A stretch of 64,000 nt of DNA from an uncultured delta proteobacterium (GTDB taxonomy: Bacteria > Desulfobacterota > Desulfomonilia > UBA1062). Location of the stretch: NCBI GenBank assembly GCA_963752595.1, contig CAVVYZ010000007.1:1-64000 (forward strand), given 5' to 3'. Shown here piece after piece: positions 34,622-42,301 of this stretch. A program made the position numbers and the translations under genes. The notes under the pieces were generated by a model that was not told the origin of the DNA, did not search any database, and was given only the letters and a program-made list of their open reading frames with translations. Each line of letters begins with the position of its first letter. Position 1 is the first letter of the stretch.

Positions 34622-35401
34622 TCATCGAATATTTGTTTCTATATATTGATACTTTCTTTTCTGACTTTCGTCGGTCCGTCCGATGCTCTCTTTCAGCCTG
34701 TGTTCGTCCGTCAGGATTCCGGACCGGGCTTCCTGGGGCAGCAATTCCTCCGTTGAAGTGAAACTCACGATCCTCAAGTCTTCTTCCTTCAGCTGTAAGG
34801 CATTCAACGTATTCTCCTCGCTCGTAACGATAAACACGATGTTCTTGTGCCACATCTTCTCGAACTCGTTTACCGTGAAGCTCATATTGCCCATGAAAGG
34901 ATCGGCGAAGAACATATGATCTGCGTACGTTCCCCGGTATACGACAAAATGCTTGTACCCGGAGAACTCTATCGGCACGATGCACGGCTTGTCCAACGTC
35001 CTCAGGTCATCCAGCTCTGCAGTATACCCTGCGCCATGGTAGCCAAGTACGGTTACGAACTGCTTCATGTCCAGAAGGGAAAACGCACGCCTTTCTTCTA
35101 TCAGCCTGGAGTCTCCGTACTCCATCATCCCCTGGATCACCTGCTGCTCAGAAAGGTTCTCACCGAGATAATAATTCAGCAATGTGGCCAATGCTGCAGA
35201 ACCGCAGCTGTAGTCAAACTCCTGCTTGATGATATTCTGGTCTTTAAAGTGGTTGAAGGGTTTTACGTCAAATTTGAGCGTCTGCTGCATGCTCGGAGAT
35301 AATTGCTGATGGACACTGACCTGGGTTTCGGGCACATCGCTCAGGGGGCTGAGCGTTGTAAGTAAAGCGAACACAATAAGAAAACCCGCAATGACCTCCA
35401 T
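34622..35401 (-). CDS. Secreted C39 family cysteine peptidase (FilB/FapD-like)
   Basis: QEFDYSCGSAALATLL (Q,C), GYKHFVV (H), ADPFMGN (D). Signal peptide, no ABC domain. Confidence 0.92.
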   Translation of the reverse strand: MEVIAGFLIVFALLTTLSPLSDVPETQVSVHQQLSPSMQQTLKFDVKPFNHFKDQNIIKQEFDYSCGSAALATLLNYYLGENLSEQQVIQGMMEYGDSRLIEERRAFSLLDMKQFVTVLGYHGAGYTAELDDLRTLDKPCIVPIEFSGYKHFVVYRGTYADHMFFADPFMGNMSFTVNEFEKMWHKNIVFIVTSEENTLNALQLKEEDLRIVSFTSTEELLPQEARSGILTDEHRLKESIGRTDESQKRKYQYIETNIR

Positions 35402-35432
35402 AGCCTAAATTCTTCCAAACCCAACATCCATG

Positions 35433-36329
35433 TCAGTTACCCGGAATCTGTATCCCAAGATGATGAACATTGATACCATCTATAGCACAAGGTCCAAAGT
35501 TGTTTCCACCAAAATCAACATTCTGTACCCTTATGGACCCTGTCATCGGGATATTGTAGAATACCGAGGTGGTTGTTGTGCCGTCGCCGTTATCAGCAGT
35601 GCCGACATCTATGGTTGCCGGATTGCTGTTTGCCAGATCACCCAGCTTGAATTTTCCGGAAAAAGACCACGTGGAAGGGTCCGAAGGATCGCCATAGGCA
35701 TATTGCGATAAATGGATGTTGTTCAGACTCAAGCTTTCAGGTGCGGTATTATAGGTGAATTTTGCGGCATCGATCATAATTTCTGTCTGATACTCAAGAT
35801 TGATTCCGCAGCCGCCACCGCTCCTTCCGGAAATGGTCAGCATGTTTGATGGAGCGGTCCTGAAATTTTCCAGCCGAAGGCTCCCGAGATCCTGATTGCA
35901 GAAAACGAAGTTCCCGACCGAATACGTCCTGGGCTGGACATTCAACGAGAGATTCATAAAGACGTGAGTCATGCCGGAGTAGTCTGTTCCGACATCGATT
36001 CTGTTGAAATCTACTTCATTATAGGGAGTGTCCATGGAAAAATAATTGCCGCTGCCGTCGTCTATTGAAATGTTATTGAATTCGATCCAGTTATGGGGAT
36101 CGTGGTCCGTATCAGAAAACCTGAAAGAGTCCCTTGTAATACGATACTGGGAATTACCTATTACGTAGGAGATACCCGACTGGGCGCTGATCTGCGAAAG
36201 CTCGCTTTCATCCACCCGGCTCATTTCTGCCCCGGATACGGCCGGCATGCACAGGGTGAAGATAACCGCATGGGCGATGAATATGAAAACCAGAGAGTAA
36301 AAATGGTGCCTTCTGCATATAAGGCTCAT
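35433..36329 (-). CDS. DUF6160/FilA-like secreted beta-rich protein (minor subunit)
   Basis: Signal peptide then EMSRVDESELSQISAQSGI, IDVGT motifs twice, Gly/Asn/Ser-rich. Start moved to MSLICRR. Confidence 0.65.
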   Translation of the reverse strand: MSLICRRHHFYSLVFIFIAHAVIFTLCMPAVSGAEMSRVDESELSQISAQSGISYVIGNSQYRITRDSFRFSDTDHDPHNWIEFNNISIDDGSGNYFSMDTPYNEVDFNRIDVGTDYSGMTHVFMNLSLNVQPRTYSVGNFVFCNQDLGSLRLENFRTAPSNMLTISGRSGGGCGINLEYQTEIMIDAAKFTYNTAPESLSLNNIHLSQYAYGDPSDPSTWSFSGKFKLGDLANSNPATIDVGTADNGDGTTTTSVFYNIPMTGSIRVQNVDFGGNNFGPCAIDGINVHHLGIQIPGN

Positions 36330-36527
36330 ATATCTGCCTCCTCCCCTTCTTGCCTCGCGCCTGGCTCTTTCTGATCTTTCCCTAAATACCCTCTTCGATT
36401 TTTCAAAGGAATACTTGAGGTCTTTCAACAAGCCCTTGTCTCTTACCCGTTTCTTTCGTTCCTCAGGAAGGCGCCTTCTGTCGGGCGACCGGCTCTCCCT
36501 TGTGATTGTCCTTCAATAATATTCCCG

Positions 36528-37568
36528 CTAGTGAGCCCAGATATCAACCCAGCTCCCGGGGCGGATAGTCATTCCAAGCCCTGTCATGTAGATGCTGCCC
36601 AGGGTCTTGGCATCGGCACTGTTCAGGGTGGCGGTGCCGTCGAGCTTTACATCTGCGGTTATCGGCCCGTTGACTGTAATATTGAAGGCGCTCGGGAACC
36701 CGATATGGACAACCGAGACCGGGGCGGCACCGGGGTCGACGCCAACCCTTCCGTGAGCGTAGATGCCGTTATACGAGGTGTTGATATCGATCAATACAGT
36801 TCCGGTCATACTTATGGGACCGCCGACTACCAAGTTCGAAAGACCGACGTACCCTGCGCTCGTGGCCAAGGGAGACATCCAGATCTGGGAGCCGATGCCG
36901 GTGTTGGCACAGCCGTCGGTATCGCCCCAGGAAAGGTAGCTCATATCGAGCCTGTCCAAAGTGATGTCCATGGTCAGCGTGATGCCGCAGCGCGAGCCCG
37001 GCCTGCTGTTGTAGATATCAACGAAGCTTTCGGGGTTGATGTACATGTTCATATTGCCGAGATTCGCGGTGCCGAGAATCTGGCTCAGGTTCACCGTGCT
37101 GCCTGACTTCTGTCCCAAGCCCACGGACATGCTCATGCTGTCCATGGATATCTGGAGGGATCCGAAGCCTATGCGCACAAAGGTGTATCCGCCATTGACA
37201 ACCAGGGTATCATCGGTTCCCACGTCGATGGTGATGGGTTTCAGCCATGCAGGGGCTGAATATCCATTATACGTATCAGTTTCACGGGCCTTTATCCTGA
37301 GGTTGTTGAGGGTGAAACCGTTCACCCCGACATAGCCGCCGCCCGCACTCGGCGCCCAACCGTATGCGGTGAGCGCTCCTATGCCGTCGGAGTCTCCCCA
37401 TGCCATGGTCCCCATGCTGAGGTTCATCCGGAGATCGGCATTGATGTTCACACCTGCCTGGCCGGTGACACCGGAAAGGCCTTCTTCTGAAACCGGCACC
37501 ATTGCCATGAGCGATAAGGGAAATAATAAGATAAGTGCGAATAATGAGGCTCTTTTTAGTATCTTCAT
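36528..37568 (-). CDS. DUF6160/FilA-like fibre subunit
   Basis: Signal peptide, LSGVTGQAGVNI, WGDxDG twice, KPITIDVGT, C-terminal SWVDIWAH. Confidence 0.8.
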   Translation of the reverse strand: MKILKRASLFALILLFPLSLMAMVPVSEEGLSGVTGQAGVNINADLRMNLSMGTMAWGDSDGIGALTAYGWAPSAGGGYVGVNGFTLNNLRIKARETDTYNGYSAPAWLKPITIDVGTDDTLVVNGGYTFVRIGFGSLQISMDSMSMSVGLGQKSGSTVNLSQILGTANLGNMNMYINPESFVDIYNSRPGSRCGITLTMDITLDRLDMSYLSWGDTDGCANTGIGSQIWMSPLATSAGYVGLSNLVVGGPISMTGTVLIDINTSYNGIYAHGRVGVDPGAAPVSVVHIGFPSAFNITVNGPITADVKLDGTATLNSADAKTLGSIYMTGLGMTIRPGSWVDIWAH

Positions 37569-37613
37569 ATGGTCAGCACCTCTCAACAGTGTTGTTTTAA
37601 TTCTCTTCAGAAT

Positions 37614-37644
37614 AGAGAGGAGGGTTGAAACAACCCTCCTCTCT
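37614..37644 (-). terminator. Strong hairpin between the two FilA-like paralogs (terminator or mRNA stabiliser)
   Basis: 14-bp perfect stem AGAGAGGAGGGTTG-AAA-CAACCCTCCTCTCT. Confidence 0.75.
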
Positions 37645-37671
37645 TTATTGCAATTTGACTATGAGATTAAA

Positions 37672-38679
37672 TTAGTGGGCCCAGATGTCTACCCAGCTGC
37701 CGTTGATGATGTCAAGGTTGAACCCGGTGATGTAGATGTCACCAAGGGTCTTGGCATTGGCGCTGTTCAGAGCGGCTAAGCCGTCGAGTTTCACGTTAGC
37801 AGTGATCGGACCGGCAACATTGATGTTGAAATTGTCGGAGAATCCGATGTGGACAACGGAAATAGGAGCTGCGCCAGGAGTTGTACCAACTGTGCCATGA
37901 GCATAGATACCGGCATAGGAGGTGTTCACGTCGATGCGGACAGTACCGGTGATGGTGATCGGGCCGCCCACTACGAGGTTCTCAAGTCCGATGAAACCGG
38001 CGCTGGTGGCCAGAGGGGACATCCAGATCTGTACGCCGATGCCTGCGTTGCCTACGCCGTCCGTGTCGCCCCATGACATGTAGCTCATGGAGAACTGATC
38101 AACGATCACGTTGAAGGTCATGTTCACGCCTACGCCGCCTGCGGTGTAGATGTCAACATAGCTGGCCGGGCTGATGTAAATGGCCATTGCGCCGAGGTTG
38201 GCGGTGCCGAGTATCTGGTCCAGAGTCGTGCTGGAGCCAAGGGCTACTTCCAGCGACAGGCTGTTCATCGAGATCTCAAGGGAGCCGAGACCGAAGCGAA
38301 CGAAAGACACGTTCGAGCCATAGGCGCCGCCGGTGGCAACGTCGATGGTGATGGGCTTCAGCATGGCGGGTGCAGCATAGCCGTTGAAGGTGTCTGTTTC
38401 ACGAGCCTTGATCCTGAGGTTCTGGATGTTGAAGTTGTTGACTCCGACATAACCGCCGGCGGCAGTAGAGGACCACCCGTAGTTGCTAAACCCGGCGTCG
38501 ATACCGGTCGCGTCGCCCCATGCAACGGTGCCGATACCAATGTTCATCCTGAGGTCAGCATTGATGTTAACACCGGCCTGACCGGTGACATCGGAAAGGG
38601 TGGAATCCGTTACCGGTGTCATAGCCATAACTGACAACGGCAGCAACATAAGGGCTAAAAACGTCAATACTCTCTTCAT
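37672..38679 (-). CDS. DUF6160/FilA-like fibre subunit (probable major subunit)
   Basis: Signal peptide, LSDVTGQAGVNI, WGD repeats, SWVDIWAH. Close paralog of 36528..37568, with a strong GGAGG SD. Confidence 0.82.
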   Translation of the reverse strand: MKRVLTFLALMLLPLSVMAMTPVTDSTLSDVTGQAGVNINADLRMNIGIGTVAWGDATGIDAGFSNYGWSSTAAGGYVGVNNFNIQNLRIKARETDTFNGYAAPAMLKPITIDVATGGAYGSNVSFVRFGLGSLEISMNSLSLEVALGSSTTLDQILGTANLGAMAIYISPASYVDIYTAGGVGVNMTFNVIVDQFSMSYMSWGDTDGVGNAGIGVQIWMSPLATSAGFIGLENLVVGGPITITGTVRIDVNTSYAGIYAHGTVGTTPGAAPISVVHIGFSDNFNINVAGPITANVKLDGLAALNSANAKTLGDIYITGFNLDIINGSWVDIWAH

Positions 38680-38924
38680 AACTTAATGCCTCCAATATTT
38701 TATTTTTGTTACTTTTCTTTAGCTTAGTTGTTTCCTTTACCGTTTGTTTCTCTTTTTATCGATGTTTTTCGTCCTGCCTGAGCATCACCCCTTTCTTTTG
38801 TTGATAATCTATTATTGAAACCTCAGGGCCGGGAAATGTTCAGCATACTGTTTCCATTCCCCCGTAATATTTTCTACTTATGATACAAAAACCCGCCCAT
38901 TTGGTTTCTCCAATCATTTCTTCA

Positions 38925-39500
38925 TCATGGGGTAATAGTCGCGTTGCCCCATTCGGCCCACCAGCCCTTATTCATATCTAAGGTAAGTGAAAACTCTCCG
39001 TTATTGCTGTAGATCGTCCTGGCGCCGAGGTTCAGCCTTCGTCCGTCCACAACGACAGAACCTGCATCGGTGATTTTGCCGCTGAACGAATTAAAGTTCG
39101 CGCTGATCGGGCCTTTCATGTCAGGGGTACCGATCTTGACATACTGAAGCTTCCTTGTCGCAGGATCGGTAATGTTTTGAAATTTCGCTTCCATGTATAC
39201 ACCCCTGATCTCCAGGTTCTCGGTAGCCGAACCCAGCGAAACATCTGTCCAGTCCTGGTCCCAGCCGGTGGTGCTTCCGTCATCGTAATAGCCCATCTTC
39301 AGAGAATCGATCTGAGTATACGTAGTCACGTTTATATTAAAAAATGCCCGTGCTACTTCATTCTCAAGGGTGAAGGAAGAAAAACCCTCACCAGTTACCT
39401 CTGAAAGCTGTTCATCTCCAACTTCCCACATCATTGCATGCAGAGGCGATGCCCAAGCACATACTATCAACAACGTGAATATCGACCTCCAATACTTCAT
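38925..39500 (-). CDS. Short secreted protein with FilA-like N-terminal motif
   Basis: MKYWRS start after GGAGAGG. Signal peptide ending PLHA, then MMWEVGDEQLSEVTGEG. Confidence 0.7.
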   Translation of the reverse strand: MKYWRSIFTLLIVCAWASPLHAMMWEVGDEQLSEVTGEGFSSFTLENEVARAFFNINVTTYTQIDSLKMGYYDDGSTTGWDQDWTDVSLGSATENLEIRGVYMEAKFQNITDPATRKLQYVKIGTPDMKGPISANFNSFSGKITDAGSVVVDGRRLNLGARTIYSNNGEFSLTLDMNKGWWAEWGNATITP

Positions 39501-39569
39501 TGACCTCTCCATAATCATGTCATTATATTCAAGTTGTCGTCTTTCTTCGAAGCTCATGGGTCCTAGTAG

Positions 39570-39585
39570 AGCAATAAACATGCCA
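39570..39585 (-). promoter_or_regulatory. Sigma54 (-24/-12) promoter for the fibre operon
   Basis: Minus strand TGGCATGTTTATTGCT is GG-N10-GC and matches TGGCAC-N5-TTGCW. It lies ~70 nt upstream of the 39500 start, with an AT-rich upstream region. Confidence 0.7.
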
Positions 39586-39934
39586 TATAAATATATCTAT
39601 ATTTCAATTAGTTATAATCTATGCACAATACCCCACTGGGTAAAAGGGAAAGATTTTTCCATGAGTTGTAGAAAAGATTTTCATCAACACCCCACACTGC
39701 ATTTTCCTGACAACTGAGGCTTTCTATTTAATAACATTCATAATTTAAATAGATTACCAAAAAGGACTACCCAATAGGCCACAACCACAACACTACGATC
39801 AAATTAAGAGATGGTGGGAAGAAACAATCATAATCCCACTTCAAGCAATCCTATGCGTCTGGAATCAATGAGAATAAATTCTGTGAAGGTTTACTATTAC
39901 CGGAATATCTAATTTATATAGACGAGCAGGCTCC

Positions 39935-40903
39935 TCACTCCTCTTCAGTCTTTTTGGCCAACCCTGTAACAAGATGCCGGCGTGCATCGTCTGTAGCGCC
40001 GATTGCCAACGTTTTCCGGAGTCCGATTCCACTGCTGTTCATGCTTTCAATGTATGTTGCAAGCCCATCAAGATTTATCGGAGGACCGCCGTTCAACAAG
40101 GTAAGGCTTATGTCATATAGTTCAGTGCCCGGAATATTGAGAGAGGGATCGCTGTAGTGGATCTCGATAATCGTCCCTGAAAACTCGTTGCCGAAAGTAT
40201 CGATGCCGTCGATCGAACCAGCTGTATCGCTCGTCGGGACCACAGTAAGGGTAAGGGTATTGATATAATCATCTCCATCTTTTCCATAAACGAACGAGTT
40301 ATTGATCTCCCAATCGCCTTCCAGCTTTTCCACCTCGGCGTGTATGCCCGAAGTGCTATAGTTGAGCATTTGGAACAGCCAAGTATCGGTTGCCGGAGGA
40401 TAAAGATATACGCCCTCCATGAAACTGTTCGAAAAGATTGTATCCCCGACCAAAGAAACAGGCTTTATATTCGCTGCATAATCGTCCGGCCCATGGCCTG
40501 ATACTCCATTGGTAGCCCAGGTATAATAATAGAAATATTCGCTGCTGAACCGCTTCCTGAAGGGAAAATCATACACGCCCAAAGAGTTCTCGAGGCAGAC
40601 AAACTGCGCTGCGTCACCGACAAAGCGCGCCTGCCCTTCAAGGGTTATCATACCTATTGTAAATATATCATCCGCATCAAAATCTAATTCCGAGGTAGTG
40701 CCGGTTGTTCGATTTTTATCATCATCACCTGACAAGAAGTACCCTGCCCACGTTCCTGTCAATTCATAATCTTCTATTACAACCGACCCCCCGTCACCGG
40801 AGCTGCTTGAACCGCTCTCACAGGAGACGCAAAGGAATACTAACGATATAAGAAAAAGAATGGAAATAATCCTCTCATGCACCGACATATGCTCCTCCTC
40901 CAT
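39935..40903 (-). CDS. Hypothetical acidic lipoprotein
   Basis: Hydrophobic signal with CVSC lipobox, Ser/Gly linker, LTGTWAG and LEGDWEI beta motifs. Confidence 0.7.
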   Translation of the reverse strand: MEEEHMSVHERIISILFLISLVFLCVSCESGSSSSGDGGSVVIEDYELTGTWAGYFLSGDDDKNRTTGTTSELDFDADDIFTIGMITLEGQARFVGDAAQFVCLENSLGVYDFPFRKRFSSEYFYYYTWATNGVSGHGPDDYAANIKPVSLVGDTIFSNSFMEGVYLYPPATDTWLFQMLNYSTSGIHAEVEKLEGDWEINNSFVYGKDGDDYINTLTLTVVPTSDTAGSIDGIDTFGNEFSGTIIEIHYSDPSLNIPGTELYDISLTLLNGGPPINLDGLATYIESMNSSGIGLRKTLAIGATDDARRHLVTGLAKKTEEE

Positions 40904-41158
40904 TGCTCGCTGCGGATAAAAAGCAGACCATAATAATTACACTTAAAAAGGGTACTTCGGCAATCGAAAACAGATTCTTCGTAAGAAGAATACCCTTACT
41001 CATATTTATTGCAAGAAGATACGACATCGCTTCACATTGATTCCCGGATAAGCAAGCCTTTTCCATAAAATGAGAAATATTTTGCTGTTGCTGAGAGGAT
41101 CCTGTATAAATTATTTTCATTTATCATGAATAATTAATTGAGTATGCAGATCTTGCCA

Positions 41159-41174
41159 GGGAATAAATCTTGCA
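41159..41174 (+). promoter_or_regulatory. Possible sigma54 promoter for the 41271 operon
   Basis: GGGAATAAATCTTGCA has GG-N10-GC spacing with TTGCA, but the -24 box is imperfect. Confidence 0.35.
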
Positions 41175-41270
41175 TATTCTTATTCTCATCGTAGATGAGC
41201 ATCGTGGCAAAGAAGCCGGGAAACGGACTGACTTTCCAACAAATAAACTTTAAAAGAAAAGGGTCGGAAA

Positions 41271-42275
41271 ATGAGATTCAAGCCAAGTATAATCATTGTC
41301 ATTATCTTTTCTTTACTTCTCGTTCCAGCCTCTCAAAGCTTTGCAGCGCAGGATGAACCGGCGGGAGATATGCCGACATATGCTGCATCTCCTTCCACGG
41401 CACCAGAAACATCACTTACAAGGGAAGACGAGATCCTGATCCAGTCTCCGCAGAAAAGGTTCGGACTTTCCGGCTTCGCTCAATCATACTCTGTAAAAAC
41501 CGGCGGCGCTGTGGCAATCTATGATGAAGACTTCAGGGACTTCGTTGATTATGGAGTGTCAATAAATTATGGATTAAAAAAGAAAGTAATAGATAAACTA
41601 TATTTCTTTCCATCCATTGGTTTTTTAATGCTCAAAGGTGATTGGGATATGAGCAATGAAAGTGAGAGTATCCTGATCGAATCAGAAGAATACTTTCCCG
41701 GTTACAGTGGGGATATTGCTGCCGAAGATATTAATGAGGTGAATTACGGGTCCGGGTATATCAGCGAAGGGGAAGCGGTTGTAACCAGCGCGGAGTTTCT
41801 CCGTAGCATTGACCTGAGCACCAGCTTGTATATCATTCCTATCACGCTCAATGTGGTGTATCAGCCTCACGAAGGTGGCAAAAAGTTCAACCCATACATA
41901 GGCGGAGGCATAGGATTCTGCCTTGCAAGACGTGATGTTGAAAGCCGGGTCCTCAAGGATAAATCCTTTGACGGTCCTCAGTATCGAATTACCCTGGACG
42001 ATTCAGAGACCGTGCCCGGACAGGTCCTCCAGTTTTTTGCAGGTTTTGAGATCCCGTTCAAAAAAAATATAAAGCTCGTTGCAGAGGCAACGACTACGCT
42101 GTACGGCCTGAAGAATTTCGAACCCATTCTGGAAATTGAGTATAAAAGACCCAACCCCGCCTGGTATGAGGGTTCGGACTTATTAACCTGGACCCTTGAG
42201 GATCCTATCCGGATCGGGGTTTTCCAAGAAGAATTCGTCACATCTCTTTCTATAGGTCTTGTCGTACCTTTCTAG
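41271..42275 (+). CDS. Outer-membrane beta-barrel protein (OmpA/OmpW-like, long loops)
   Basis: Signal peptide, IPITLNVVY, FNPYIGGGIGF, terminal F. Confidence 0.7.
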   Translation: MRFKPSIIIVIIFSLLLVPASQSFAAQDEPAGDMPTYAASPSTAPETSLTREDEILIQSPQKRFGLSGFAQSYSVKTGGAVAIYDEDFRDFVDYGVSINYGLKKKVIDKLYFFPSIGFLMLKGDWDMSNESESILIESEEYFPGYSGDIAAEDINEVNYGSGYISEGEAVVTSAEFLRSIDLSTSLYIIPITLNVVYQPHEGGKKFNPYIGGGIGFCLARRDVESRVLKDKSFDGPQYRITLDDSETVPGQVLQFFAGFEIPFKKNIKLVAEATTTLYGLKNFEPILEIEYKRPNPAWYEGSDLLTWTLEDPIRIGVFQEEFVTSLSIGLVVPF

Positions 42276-42301
42276 GATTTTAGTCTGAGGAGAAACAATC
42301 C

